IMG/VR virus record: IMGVR_UViG_3300008117_000018
Location: 32,001 to 96,000 of that record
Length of the DNA: 64,000 nucleotides
Direction: 5' to 3' (one strand)
DNA from: a virus
The position numbers and the translations under genes were made by a program. Below are positions 19,496-29,505 of the stretch, piece after piece (positions within the stretch are counted from its first letter, which is position 1; each line of letters begins with the position of its first letter). The notes beneath the pieces were generated by a model. That model had not been told where the DNA came from, did not search any database, and saw nothing but the letters and a program-made list of their open reading frames with translations.

Positions 19496-19832
19496 AAAAC
19501 AAATAAAACATTATAATTATCATTATTATTATAGAAAATATCGGAACCAAAACATTATATAATCTATATAATTTTTTAACTAAATGATAAATCGGAAACT
19601 TGGCTATATTTATTAAAATCATTGATAAGAAGAAAAAGTAGATTGATGTAAAAAAACCAATAAACAACCAAATCCAATAAGTTACTCTTAAAAAATAGTA
19701 AAAAAAATCACTCTTACTCATATTAGACAAATCTTTCTGGTAAAATCTAGCATCTAATTTAGTCAAATTAGCTAAATAGTATAGATTCATCCATATAAAG
19801 AATGGTATAAATATGTAAAAAATACTAGTCAT
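19485..19832 (-). CDS. Membrane protein (about 4 TM)
   Basis: Multiple hydrophobic segments. Confidence 0.7.
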   Translation of the reverse strand: MTSIFYIFIPFFIWMNLYYLANLTKLDARFYQKDLSNMSKSDFFYYFLRVTYWIWLFIGFFTSIYFFFLSMILINIAKFPIYHLVKKLYRLYNVLVPIFSIIIMIIIMFYLFFKH

Positions 19833-20124
19833 TTGATATTTCGATTTCTCTTAGACCTAAAAGATTATTAAACTCATGTTCCTGTAGTCTAACGTTTTTA
19901 TCTCTTTGTAGAATTCCATATATTACATCATTCACAAAAACATAAACAGGATCACCAACAAAGTTTTCATATATAGCAGGAACAATTTCACTATTTCTAG
20001 AATTTACTATAAAATTAATATATTCTTTATGACTTGCATAATCCAAATGTAACGAACAACCATCCGGTCTTAATTGATTTCCTAACTCTGATTCCTCCCA
20101 AATCTGTAATAATATTTGATTCAT
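19825..20124 (-). CDS. Conserved phage hypothetical protein
   Basis: Q.WEESE.G...RPDGCSLH motif. Confidence 0.7.
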   Translation of the reverse strand: MNQILLQIWEESELGNQLRPDGCSLHLDYASHKEYINFIVNSRNSEIVPAIYENFVGDPVYVFVNDVIYGILQRDKNVRLQEHEFNNLLGLREIEISND

Positions 20125-20198
20125 AAAAACAATTTATGATTTTTGTATTTAAAAATTAAACAAAGTTTAAATATGAAATAAAATAAAAAAAACACTTT

Positions 20199-21272
20199 AT
20201 GAAAATTAAATTAGAGTATATTTGGTTAGATGGTTCTGAGCCACAACAACTCAGAAGTAAAACAAAAATTGTTGACAAAGCAGATACAAATAATCCAGAG
20301 GATTACGCAATGTGGTCTTTTGATGGAAGTTCAACTCTTCAAGCAGAGGCAGGAAAAGGGAAAAACACTGATTGTTTACTAAAACCAGTTTTTGTCTGTA
20401 AAGACCCATTTAGAGAGTATCCTAATAAATTGGTATTTTGTGAGGTACTTAGTCCAGATGGAACTCCTCATCCAACAAATAATAGAAGAAATTTATCTAA
20501 TGTTATAGATGAGTTAAATCTTACGAATTTAACTAAAGACGAGTCTCCATGGTTTGGTTGGGAGCAAGAGTATACACTTACTCATAAACCAGGATTGCCA
20601 TTTGGTGAGGGTGTTGGTCTTCCACTTGGATTTGAAATTGGTAAAACACCAAGAGCACAAGGTGATTATTATTGCGGAATCGGAGCTGACACTGTAATTG
20701 GAAGACAAATAGTTGAAGAGCACATGGATATGTGTTTAGAGATTGGTTTAGATATTTCTGGTATTAATGCTGAGGTTTTACTTGGTCAATGGGAATATCA
20801 AATTGGCCCCGTAACTGCTTTGAACGGTTCTGATCAATTATGGATATCAAGATATATTTTGGAAAGAGTTGCAGAAAAACATAATGTCAACGTATCTTTA
20901 CATCCGAAACCAATTAAAGGAGATTGGAATGGAACCGGTTGTCACGTCAATTTCTCTTCTAAAGAAATGAGAAAAGATGGTGGTATCGAATTGATTAAAG
21001 AAACAATGACAAAGCTTGAATCAACTCATATGGAACACATCCAGGTTTATGGTCTACATAATGAACAAAGACTTACTGGTGAACATGAGACATCAGGAAT
21101 TCATGAATTTAGTTATGGATATAGCACTAGAGATACTTCTATTAGAATTCCAGCACAATCTTTGGTTGAAGGTAGAGGTTATTTTGAAGACAGACGACCA
21201 GCCTCAAATTGTGACCCTTACTTAGTATCTGCTAAAATGTTAGAAACAGTTTATTCTGAAGTATTAGTATAA
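20199..21272 (+). CDS. glnII: Glutamine synthetase type II
   Basis: EYIWLDG, LRSKTK, WSFDGSST, EQEY, GINAEV..GQWEYQIG, HPKP..GDWNGTGCH, RLTG.HET, YFEDRRPASNCDPY. Confidence 0.95.
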   Translation: MKIKLEYIWLDGSEPQQLRSKTKIVDKADTNNPEDYAMWSFDGSSTLQAEAGKGKNTDCLLKPVFVCKDPFREYPNKLVFCEVLSPDGTPHPTNNRRNLSNVIDELNLTNLTKDESPWFGWEQEYTLTHKPGLPFGEGVGLPLGFEIGKTPRAQGDYYCGIGADTVIGRQIVEEHMDMCLEIGLDISGINAEVLLGQWEYQIGPVTALNGSDQLWISRYILERVAEKHNVNVSLHPKPIKGDWNGTGCHVNFSSKEMRKDGGIELIKETMTKLESTHMEHIQVYGLHNEQRLTGEHETSGIHEFSYGYSTRDTSIRIPAQSLVEGRGYFEDRRPASNCDPYLVSAKMLETVYSEVLV

Positions 21273-21283
21273 ACATACTACTC

Positions 21284-21318
21284 AAAAAAAACCCACTCAA
21301 TTTGAGTGGGTTTTTTTT
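21284..21318. terminator. Bidirectional terminator
   Basis: AAAAAAAACCCACTCAA-t-TTGAGTGGGTTTTTTTT between convergent genes. Confidence 0.85.
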
Positions 21319-21333
21319 ATTTTGATAAACTAT

Positions 21334-21699
21334 TTAAATAGAATGTAGTCCTTGGCCATCATTACTACCTTCTATAGATATTAATTTTATTTGATTCTCA
21401 TTATCACCCTTTTTCTTATACAACTCATTAAAACCCTTAGCTATTCCTCTTTTAAAGACTTCTGTAAAATAAGCAAAAGCATTCACTGATTTATCTTCAT
21501 TAAAATTATACCAATTTTGATACATATCTAATAAACCCGATTGATAACAATCAAGTTTATCATCATTTGACCAATATCTCATTTTTTTGATTGTTTTCTT
21601 ACCAAGAAGTTCTAACATTTTTTCAGCATTTCTGGTCAGTTTACCTTGTGCTTTTGATACGATTATCTCAACATAGAGATCTTTATTATTTAAATACAT
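21334..21699 (-). CDS. gp55: Late-transcription sigma factor (T4 gp55-like, compact)
   Basis: YLNNKDL N-terminus, D...G, NFNEDKSVNAFAYFT region-2 motif. Confidence 0.75.
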   Translation of the reverse strand: MYLNNKDLYVEIIVSKAQGKLTRNAEKMLELLGKKTIKKMRYWSNDDKLDCYQSGLLDMYQNWYNFNEDKSVNAFAYFTEVFKRGIAKGFNELYKKKGDNENQIKLISIEGSNDGQGLHSI

Positions 21700-21780
21700 C
21701 CATTATAGCTTATTTTTTTAAGAGATTAACTCTTTGAAGCTATTTACTTCATGTTATATCTCTATAGTCTAAAAAGTTTA

Positions 21781-21819
21781 AAAAATAAAAAACCCTCAAA
21801 AAGAGGGTTTTTTATTTTT
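21781..21819. terminator. Intrinsic terminator
   Basis: AAAAAACCCTC-aaaaa-GAGGGTTTTTT. Confidence 0.8.
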
Positions 21820-21830
21820 ATTTATATAAA

Positions 21831-23111
21831 TTAAATTTTAACTCTTTCTTTATATTGTAATTCTTTAACACCTAACAATTCAGCATCTAAATTAGCTCTT
21901 CTTTTTTCAAGATTTTTAAGAGCAGTAGAAAGAATTTCAGACTCACCTAAAAGCTCCATAGAACCTTTAACCTTTTCAATGTTGAATTGAACATCTTCTA
22001 ATTTAAGAGTAACTTCTCTTTCTTTATCTTCAAGTTTTCTTTTAATAACTAATTCTTTATCTAATTTATTTTCATAAAAATAACTCAAATCATAATTTAA
22101 CTCATTCTTAACTTCATTAACTAATTCTATAGCAGATTCATATTTAAAGAATGAATTACCATATCTTTCATCACATCTATAAAGAAATGTATTATTTTTA
22201 TAATTAAAAGCAAAACACTCCAAATGTGGATTAATTAAATTATTAATTCTTTTAACAACATCTAATTCAACAAACTTATCCATATTTTGAGATACTTCTA
22301 ATAACACAGGATAAAAGTTTTTATTTACTATCGGAACAATAGGAGATGAGAAAAGAGACTCTAACGTAGTTTCGTCATTCAATTCATCTTCATTAATAAA
22401 AATTCCTTTTCCATTAACACCTAAACCAATTGTTAAGTACTCAGATACTCTAAAATTAACTCTATCCTCAGAAATTTGAGCATATTTTAAAGCAGATTCA
22501 ATAACTCTTAAAGTTTTCAACTCAGCTTCATCTTTAACATGATTTTCTAAAAGTGTTTTCTCAATTGAATTTTCAGTAAGTAAGAACCAAGAATCCTTAA
22601 CTAAAGCAATATGACCATCTTCAACTTGTTCTACAATAGTAAATACAGATTCACCCTTACCACCACTTAACAAGTTTGTTCTCTGTTCAGGTGATTTTGT
22701 CAAATTATGAACAAATAATTTAATCTCAGGAACCCAATCATAAATAGCCAATTCATTAAGAACTTTAGACATCCTATCTTGTTCTGACTCTACGTTAATA
22801 GCTTCTAAAAGAACATTGATAGGTTGTCTATACAATTCTCCTTGATTTTTAGAGTTCAATATGTTATATAGACTTTTAAGTTCATATAACAATTCATGAG
22901 CTTTAACATCATCATTCAAATTTTCTAAAAGAGATTTTACACTTTTATCATATGTATACGCTTTTAATTTTTCATTAAGAGAATTAATAATAGTCTTTTC
23001 TGAATGTTCATTGCATGCATTCATATGCCCTTCAATTATAACTGAAATCTCTTCTTGGTCAAGTGAAAGATTCTTTTTGAAGTTAAACAATTCTAGTTTA
23101 AGATTCTTCAT
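21831..23111 (-). CDS. Hypothetical late (probably virion/head-associated) protein
   Basis: 426 aa; late box at 23141-23150; many I/L-x-E sites; C-terminal coiled coil. Confidence 0.6.
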   Translation of the reverse strand: MKNLKLELFNFKKNLSLDQEEISVIIEGHMNACNEHSEKTIINSLNEKLKAYTYDKSVKSLLENLNDDVKAHELLYELKSLYNILNSKNQGELYRQPINVLLEAINVESEQDRMSKVLNELAIYDWVPEIKLFVHNLTKSPEQRTNLLSGGKGESVFTIVEQVEDGHIALVKDSWFLLTENSIEKTLLENHVKDEAELKTLRVIESALKYAQISEDRVNFRVSEYLTIGLGVNGKGIFINEDELNDETTLESLFSSPIVPIVNKNFYPVLLEVSQNMDKFVELDVVKRINNLINPHLECFAFNYKNNTFLYRCDERYGNSFFKYESAIELVNEVKNELNYDLSYFYENKLDKELVIKRKLEDKEREVTLKLEDVQFNIEKVKGSMELLGESEILSTALKNLEKRRANLDAELLGVKELQYKERVKI

Positions 23112-23183
23112 ACTTATAAATATTATTTTTTTATATAATCTATATATTAAGACAAAAAACTCATTTTTTGCTATTTTTTATTT

Positions 23184-24320
23184 TTAAATTGGATTCGGAT
23201 TTATAGGTGGATTTTGAGTATCATTTCCATTTGCACCTTTACCAGCATTTGGATTTGAATTTATTGCATTCGCATTTTGTCTTGCTTTCAATATATTATT
23301 AAACCACCTAGTTCTTTTCGGAGCATATGAAAAATAATCAGAGTCAGACTTAGGAGTAGGAGCAGAACCAGCGGGCCATCCACCAAAACTACCAGTTTGT
23401 CCATATTGAGGAAGTTCACCAGGTATATCAAACGGAGTTTCGTTGTAAGGCCAAGGAAGCGAACCAGGGAAAGGTCTACCTGGTGGACCACCAGGTGGTA
23501 ATGAATCCGGATTTAAAGGTATAAAATCAGGTCCATTAGGATCACCAGTGACAGTAGGATTAGGCGCAGTACCATCACCACCAACATCAAAGGCATTACC
23601 TAAATCACTACCAGTGTTCCAATTATTCAAATCAGCACCATCTGACTGACCAGTACCATAAAGTGTAGGATAACCATCTAGATTTACTCTATCTCTTCTA
23701 AATGCAGGATAGTATGTTTGAACTTGAAATGATAATGTCAACTTTATCGTATTATCACTTGTTAAATTTTTTTCTCTGTTTATTTCAATTGAACTTGAAT
23801 CAGGCATTATTATCACAGCATCTATGTTCATGAAATTATGCTCAAAATACATGAATTTATAAATCCAAAGAGTATCCAAAATAGCTTGACTACATTTAAA
23901 TGTATCAATTTCATTTGACAGAAGTATAGATAGTTCATAATCAACCGTGATAGGAACTGCCCTAACCTTTGCTAATATTTTTCGTATCTCTACCTGGTTC
24001 TCTACAACCATTCTTAACCAAACATTTGGATTAGCAAATTCATCTGACATAATATTAAACGACTTAAGTGTTATATGTCCTCTCGGGATTATATCAGTGT
24101 TTAATTCTACAAATCTGTTTTCAGAAACTATATCATCCTGAAAAGTATCAAGCAAAAATCTTTCATCTCCAGAAAGTGAGTAATAAAAGGGAACCTGAAC
24201 ATATATATCACCTGATGAAAATCTGTTAACCCATTTTATTTGACCCTCTAATGTATCAAGTACACAGACTGTCAAATCTCGAAAGAACACATCTTCCATG
24301 TTAAACTTTCCTGCTATCAT
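23184..24320 (-). CDS. gp15: Tail terminator/sheath stabilizer (T4 gp15-like) with Pro/Gly-rich tail; start revised to 24320
   Basis: VQVPFYY...ERFL, IIPRG, VPITVDYELSI, LTLSFQVQTY; late box 5 nt before ATG 24320. Confidence 0.7.
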   Translation of the reverse strand: MIAGKFNMEDVFFRDLTVCVLDTLEGQIKWVNRFSSGDIYVQVPFYYSLSGDERFLLDTFQDDIVSENRFVELNTDIIPRGHITLKSFNIMSDEFANPNVWLRMVVENQVEIRKILAKVRAVPITVDYELSILLSNEIDTFKCSQAILDTLWIYKFMYFEHNFMNIDAVIIMPDSSSIEINREKNLTSDNTIKLTLSFQVQTYYPAFRRDRVNLDGYPTLYGTGQSDGADLNNWNTGSDLGNAFDVGGDGTAPNPTVTGDPNGPDFIPLNPDSLPPGGPPGRPFPGSLPWPYNETPFDIPGELPQYGQTGSFGGWPAGSAPTPKSDSDYFSYAPKRTRWFNNILKARQNANAINSNPNAGKGANGNDTQNPPINPNPI

Positions 24321-24382
24321 AAGCATATATATTAAATAGAGTTTGTCCCTAAACTTATTCAATATTTAAAAATATATTTTCT

Positions 24383-25348
24383 ATGAGCATAAATAAATTA
24401 TTACTTTGGGAAAAATGGAGACCAAAAAAAATTGATGACATTATATTACTACCAAGAATAAAAAAACATTTTGAAGATGGATTAAATGGTAACTATATAT
24501 TTTATGGTAATTATGGTACAGGTAAAACAAGTCTGGCTAGAATATTAATAGGTAAGTATTCAAAAGATAAACCAAATTTAGAGATAAATAGCTCACTTTC
24601 AACTTCAATAAATATTTTAAGAAGTGAAATTGAAGACTTTTGTAAATTTACACCTATGATGGAATCAGAATCAGACTTAAAATATGTATTTTTAGATGAA
24701 TTTGAAAGAACATCACCTGAATTTCAGGATGCATTCAAAGCATTCATCGAAACATACTCAAAAAGAGGCGTAAGGTTTATTATAACAACTAATCACATTA
24801 ATAAAATATCAGATGGAATAAAAAGTAGAATACCTCAAATAAATTTTGATTGCCAGAATATTGAAGAAGAAAAATATTTAAAACAAGAAATTTACAAAAG
24901 AATATCAAATACAATATTACCATCTGAAAATTTTGAAATTCCAAAAGAAGATTTAGTTACAATAATAACAAAAAAATTTCCAGACTTTAGATCCACATTA
25001 GTAGAAGTAGGTAACTATATCAACACAGGTTCTCTAACTTCTTCATCAAATACAATAAACACAAAGACTAAATTAGAACTATACAATTTAATTTATGATA
25101 AAAATATAGACTATATCTCAATATATAATTTTGTGATTTCAAATTTTGGACCCGAAAAAATAGATGTTTTAATTAATTTATTAGGCAAATATTTCATAGA
25201 TTGGTCATTAAATGAAAATAAAAATATAGAAAAACTATTTGAATGTAACTATATAATAGCTGATTACACATCAAAGTTAGAGACTAACACTGATCCTATA
25301 GTATTAGCATTAACAATAATAGGTAAATTCAGGGATATATTATTATAA
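24383..25348 (+). CDS. gp44: Clamp loader large subunit (T4 gp44/RFC-like AAA+)
   Basis: LWEKWRP, GNYGTGKTS, FLDEFE, FIITTN, SR, FPDFR. Confidence 0.9.
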   Translation: MSINKLLLWEKWRPKKIDDIILLPRIKKHFEDGLNGNYIFYGNYGTGKTSLARILIGKYSKDKPNLEINSSLSTSINILRSEIEDFCKFTPMMESESDLKYVFLDEFERTSPEFQDAFKAFIETYSKRGVRFIITTNHINKISDGIKSRIPQINFDCQNIEEEKYLKQEIYKRISNTILPSENFEIPKEDLVTIITKKFPDFRSTLVEVGNYINTGSLTSSSNTINTKTKLELYNLIYDKNIDYISIYNFVISNFGPEKIDVLINLLGKYFIDWSLNENKNIEKLFECNYIIADYTSKLETNTDPIVLALTIIGKFRDILL

Positions 25349-25373
25349 GATAAAATATTTTAATATATAAAAT

Positions 25374-25748
25374 ATGCCAGTAAACTTTAAAGATTTCTAC
25401 ATAGGATATAAAGGTCATCCAAGATACGAATCTTCTAAATTTATAGAAGATGATGTAATTAGAGTAATCGTTCAAAAATATGAAATGATAATTTTCACTA
25501 ACAAAGGTGAGTTATTAGGTGATCCTAGTTTTGGTGCTGATTTACCGCTATTACTTCATGAGACAAGACTCTCAGAAGATAGTATACAAGGCGATATAAA
25601 CGCTCAAATATTTGAATATATACCTGAAATAAGTAATATACCCTATACTTTAGAGGTCAATATTTATGATGATCCAGAAAGACACCAAGAGTGGATGGAA
25701 ATTCTTTTTCAGATTAGAGACTTAGAAGTATACGCAACAGTAATCTAA
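25374..25748 (+). CDS. gp25: Baseplate wedge protein gp25-like
   Basis: IIFTNKGELLGDPSFGADL...LHE, YIPEI. Confidence 0.8.
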   Translation: MPVNFKDFYIGYKGHPRYESSKFIEDDVIRVIVQKYEMIIFTNKGELLGDPSFGADLPLLLHETRLSEDSIQGDINAQIFEYIPEISNIPYTLEVNIYDDPERHQEWMEILFQIRDLEVYATVI

Positions 25749-26197
25749 TCTACTCTATAACTATTTCTTTGCCAATATCTTTTACCATAACCGACAAATA
25801 TTTCTTCACCGGAACGAATATCTCTATCAGCAACTAAAACAACTTCATCATCATCATTCATTGTTATGATAGAATTATTTTTGAAATTTGAAGAGATACC
25901 CTCCGCATCATTTGCAAATTTCGCAAAACAAAAAGTTTTCTTACAATCTAATGTTTCACCAGACGGCAACATCATAAAATAATCATCTTCTTTTGCATTT
26001 GCTCTTTTTGCGGCCTCTTCATTTGATATTACTTCACCCATAAATTTTGATATTACTTCACCACATTCTATATCTATAGATGTAAAGAGTCCATTTCCGG
26101 AATTTGGAATTTGAGAAGACTGTACATATAAAAAATCTTCTTCTGGTAAATCTATTGAGTCGTAATCGAAATTTTCAAAAAATTTAAGATATTTCAT
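25745..26197 (-). CDS. SET-domain lysine methyltransferase; start at MKYLKFFE (26197)
   Basis: SQIPNSGNGLFT, GE.I..F.GE, AKFANDA, ADRDIRSGEEIFVGYG..YW. Confidence 0.88.
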   Translation of the reverse strand: MKYLKFFENFDYDSIDLPEEDFLYVQSSQIPNSGNGLFTSIDIECGEVISKFMGEVISNEEAAKRANAKEDDYFMMLPSGETLDCKKTFCFAKFANDAEGISSNFKNNSIITMNDDDEVVLVADRDIRSGEEIFVGYGKRYWQRNSYRVD

Positions 26198-26210
26198 ATA
26201 CACTTAGGCT

Positions 26211-26825
26211 TTATTTGATAGGACAACTTGTGGCTGTCCAGATATATTTATAGTCTCTTTTTATTTTAACTCCTAAACTTTCAGCGGTTGTTACAACATC
26301 CTCCAAACACTCACCATCAGCACCACCAACTATTACTACCTCTCTTCCTTTAAGATCGGTAAGTAATTCATAAAGTTTTTTAGGACAATGAAACCAAACG
26401 TGATTGTTGTTGATAAAAGTAATTATTGTACCTTCTTTTGTTGGAAATATATCACCTTTTTTTAAAGACTTATTTTCTTCCCTTTTGCTAATGTCTTCAT
26501 ATACATTTTTATCTAATATTTTCTTGTAAAAATCAGCATCAACATCGTAATTATATCTTTTTTCAATTAATTCTTTTTGATTAGGAAAATGGTACAAATC
26601 TTTGTGTATTGGAATTTCAGGTTCATCTTCATATAAATAATCTTTATCTACGTTTTTACCATCAGGATGATTATCCCAAATTTGATAAACATTATTAAAA
26701 TTTTTACAATATTTTTTAAGTTCATTTAGATACATTTCAGAAAAAAACTTTCTGAATGATTTTTGAACATCAACTATTATTAGCGTATCTTCATTATAAC
26801 TCTCAAAGGTTTTAAGAAATCTCAT
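26211..26825 (-). CDS. Isochorismatase/nicotinamidase-like cysteine hydrolase
   Basis: LIIVDVQKSF (Asp), D.H, IEK (Lys), IVGGADGECL (Cys). Confidence 0.75.
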   Translation of the reverse strand: MRFLKTFESYNEDTLIIVDVQKSFRKFFSEMYLNELKKYCKNFNNVYQIWDNHPDGKNVDKDYLYEDEPEIPIHKDLYHFPNQKELIEKRYNYDVDADFYKKILDKNVYEDISKREENKSLKKGDIFPTKEGTIITFINNNHVWFHCPKKLYELLTDLKGREVVIVGGADGECLEDVVTTAESLGVKIKRDYKYIWTATSCPIK

Positions 26826-26841
26826 AAACTATATATTAAAT

Positions 26842-26867
26842 AAAAAACCCATCATTTCTGATGGGTT
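26842..26867 (-). terminator. Intrinsic terminator
   Basis: AAAAAACCCATCA-tttc-TGATGGGTT. Confidence 0.75.
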
Positions 26868-26887
26868 ACTTAAATATTTTAATTAGA

Positions 26888-27559
26888 TTAAGCCGGTAGT
26901 TCTTCCTCACCCTCTTCCTCTTCTTGTGCTTGACCCTGTCCTTGTGCTTGACCCTGTCCTTGTGCTTGACCCTGTCCTTGTGCTTGACCCTGTCCTTGTG
27001 CTTGACCCTGTCCTTGTGCTTGAGGTTCTTCAAATTCACCTTCTTGAGCTTGAGCTTGACCTTGTGCTTGACCTTGTCCTTGTGCTTGACCTTGTGGCTG
27101 TGCTTGACCTTGTCCTTGTGCTTGACCTTGTCCTTGTGCTTGACCTTGTCCTTGTGCTTGACCTTGTGGTTGTGCTTGACTTTGTGGCTGTGCTTGACCT
27201 TGTGGCTGTGCTTGCATTTGAGCCTCACCTTCTACTTCAACTTGCGGTTGAGATTGAGATGATTGTCCCTGAGCTTGACCACCCATAAGAGCATTACCTG
27301 GAAGCTTTTCAACGTCCAAATTATTCATATTAATATATTTAACAATTTCCTCGGCGATATCAACATCCCCAAAAAATTGGCGTAAATTCTTACCTGTTGT
27401 ATCTTTTACTTTTTTAACATAAGCATTGATTAATGACTGAGGAATGTCAATCATTGTCTTAACTTTATAGATATCGTTTACTTGTAAAACAGATTCTTTT
27501 ATAATCTCTTCTCTGTTTTTTCTAATACGATAACTTTCAAATGTTCTAATGTGCTTCAT
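26888..27559 (-). CDS. Putative capsid-internal protein with Gln/Gly/Ala low-complexity tail
   Basis: MKHIRTFES...IIKES N-terminus; QAQGQG repeats; late box upstream. Confidence 0.7.
   Translation of the reverse strand: MKHIRTFESYRIRKNREEIIKESVLQVNDIYKVKTMIDIPQSLINAYVKKVKDTTGKNLRQFFGDVDIAEEIVKYINMNNLDVEKLPGNALMGGQAQGQSSQSQPQVEVEGEAQMQAQPQGQAQPQSQAQPQGQAQGQGQAQGQGQAQGQGQAQPQGQAQGQGQAQGQAQAQEGEFEEPQAQGQGQAQGQGQAQGQGQAQGQGQAQGQGQAQEEEEGEEELPA
26925..27215 (-). repeat. 18-nt coding tandem repeats (CAAGCACAAGGACAAGGT-like, QAQGQG)
   Basis: Two arrays seen directly in the DNA. Confidence 0.9.
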
Positions 27560-27616
27560 TTTTTAGCTATATTTTTTATAAATTATATATTAAGTAAAAA
27601 AAATCATTTTTTTCAC

Positions 27617-28108
27617 TTATTTTAGAATAGATAATAATATCAATCCTATTATTCCAGCAACGCCTATACCATAACCAACATTCTTTTTCACCTTTAATCT
27701 TGTTATCTCACCTTCCAAAGTCGTGACTTTAGTATTTAATTCAATTTTCTGATTCTCACACTCGACAGAGAGCCTATTTGCATTGTCTAATCTTTGTTGT
27801 AAATTTGAAATAAGTAAATCTTTATCAACTAATTGTTCTTTTAACAACTTTACATCTAATTCAAGAAAAGAAATTGTCTTTTTTTGCTCATCTATAACTT
27901 TTATATAAGAATTACTAAGATTATCACAATCCACTATTGCCTTTTCTAAAAGTGATAATATTTCCATATTGTTGTCTAATTTTTGAGCCTGTTCTATAGT
28001 CATCACTACAACTTTATTACCACTCGAATCAACTTCAATTTTAGGGTAGGTTTGTGAAAAACAAAGTAAGCTAGTAAATAAAACTAATATAGTAAGAACG
28101 TGTTTCAT
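27617..28108 (-). CDS. Exported coiled-coil protein with C-terminal TM (spanin-like candidate)
   Basis: Signal peptide ...LLCFS|Q, coiled coil, C-terminal hydrophobic helix. Confidence 0.5.
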   Translation of the reverse strand: MKHVLTILVLFTSLLCFSQTYPKIEVDSSGNKVVVMTIEQAQKLDNNMEILSLLEKAIVDCDNLSNSYIKVIDEQKKTISFLELDVKLLKEQLVDKDLLISNLQQRLDNANRLSVECENQKIELNTKVTTLEGEITRLKVKKNVGYGIGVAGIIGLILLSILK

Positions 28109-28112
28109 ATAT

Positions 28113-28529
28113 TCAATTATTTTTTAATTTGTCTTTTAAAGAATTTATTAAGTCATCACCTTCTCTTTTTAAAGGATTATCTTTAAGTTTCTGTATTCTT
28201 TTTTTTGACTCTTCAAGTATTTTTTTATTATCAGATAATTGATTGTTTGCAATTATCAAATTATTTTTTGCCACTCTTAAATCTTTTTCAATATTTTTTA
28301 TTTTTTCATCCCTATTAGAGATTATTTTCTGTATAGAAATATAATCTTTTTCCAATTTTTTATTTACTATTTTCAAAGAGTCTCTAATCTTTTCTATTTC
28401 TTGAATCTTTCTATCAGATTCTTTAATTTTCTTCTTATAATCACTACCTTGCATATACCACATTGTAGCAAAAATGATAGAACTAACAAGTAATGCTAAA
28501 GTTATTATTGAATTAACATTTAACTTCAT
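28113..28529 (-). CDS. N-terminal TM plus coiled-coil protein (i-spanin-like candidate)
   Basis: Single N-terminal TM, long coiled coil, late box upstream. Confidence 0.5.
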   Translation of the reverse strand: MKLNVNSIITLALLVSSIIFATMWYMQGSDYKKKIKESDRKIQEIEKIRDSLKIVNKKLEKDYISIQKIISNRDEKIKNIEKDLRVAKNNLIIANNQLSDNKKILEESKKRIQKLKDNPLKREGDDLINSLKDKLKNN

Positions 28530-28574
28530 AAACTTTAATTTTTTTGATTATATATAATTATAGTTACCTTCAAT

Positions 28575-28605
28575 TTTGATTTAAAAAACAAAATTTGTAT
28601 TTTTG
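28575..28605 (+). promoter_or_regulatory. Bacteroidota sigma70-type (-33/-7) early promoter
   Basis: TTTG(28575-78)-N19-TATTTTTG(28598-605). Confidence 0.7.
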
Positions 28606-28631
28606 TATCAAATTATTTTAATAAATAAGAA

Positions 28632-29213
28632 ATGTCTAAAACTTTATACTCATTCGATTTTGACGATACTCTTTGTCATACTATGTTACCAGAAAATGGT
28701 GAAAAAATCTGGTTTGAAAAAACTGGAACAAAGTGGCCTTATAGAGGATGGTGGTCAAAACCAGAAACAGTAGACCCTGAAATATTTTTTACTCCAAAGA
28801 ATGAATGGGTTTATTTAGAGTATTTAAAAGCCAAAAGAGATGAAGACTCTACAATTATTATGGCAACTGGTAGATTACAAATAGTTCCTAATATGAGAGA
28901 AAATATCATAAAAATCTTAAACCAACATAATTTATCTTTTGATGAAGTTTGGATTATAAATTCCACAGACGAACAACAAAGTGGAAATGGAAAAGATGGA
29001 ATTTATTTAAATTGGGGCGGTGATACATTTATGTTTAAAACTACACTTTTTGAAAAACTAATATCTATTACTCAATGCGAACACTTTGTAATGTATGACG
29101 ATAGACAAGAACACTTAGGTAGATTTGAAGAGTGGGCATCAACTCAAAATTGTAAAGTAACAATAGTAGACGTTGTAAATAAAAAATCAACAATTATAAA
29201 CGAAAATATATAA
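28632..29213 (+). CDS. HAD-family phosphatase, Swiss-Army-Knife RNA-repair-like
   Basis: FDFDDTL, GWWS, ATGR, K, MYDDR. Confidence 0.75.
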   Translation: MSKTLYSFDFDDTLCHTMLPENGEKIWFEKTGTKWPYRGWWSKPETVDPEIFFTPKNEWVYLEYLKAKRDEDSTIIMATGRLQIVPNMRENIIKILNQHNLSFDEVWIINSTDEQQSGNGKDGIYLNWGGDTFMFKTTLFEKLISITQCEHFVMYDDRQEHLGRFEEWASTQNCKVTIVDVVNKKSTIINENI

Positions 29214-29220
29214 GATGAAT

Positions 29221-29505
29221 ATGGCAACAATTACAAAAAAGAAAACATCAACAAAAGTTGAAGAATTATTATCTAAACCATATCTTTTGGTTTTACACAA
29301 TGATGATTATAACACATTCGACCACGTAATAAATTGTCTGATGAAACACTGCGGTCATGAATTTGAACAAGCGAATCAGTGCGCACATATAGTTCATTTT
29401 AATGGTAAATGTGACGTCAAATATGGAGATTATGACACGATTTCAACTATGAAAGATAAATTGAAAAATGCGGGTCTTTCGGTAACAATGGAGGCTAATT
29501 CATAA
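29221..29505 (+). CDS. clpS: ATP-dependent Clp protease adaptor ClpS
   Basis: LVLHNDDYNTFDHVI..L, QA.Q.A..VH..GKC.VK.G. Confidence 0.9.
   Translation: MATITKKKTSTKVEELLSKPYLLVLHNDDYNTFDHVINCLMKHCGHEFEQANQCAHIVHFNGKCDVKYGDYDTISTMKDKLKNAGLSVTMEANS

Noticed and set aside
26866-27288. ORFs with KVKHKD, CLTLSL and VLDPVL repeats
   Set aside because: Alternate-frame or antisense readings of the QAQGQG repeat gene.
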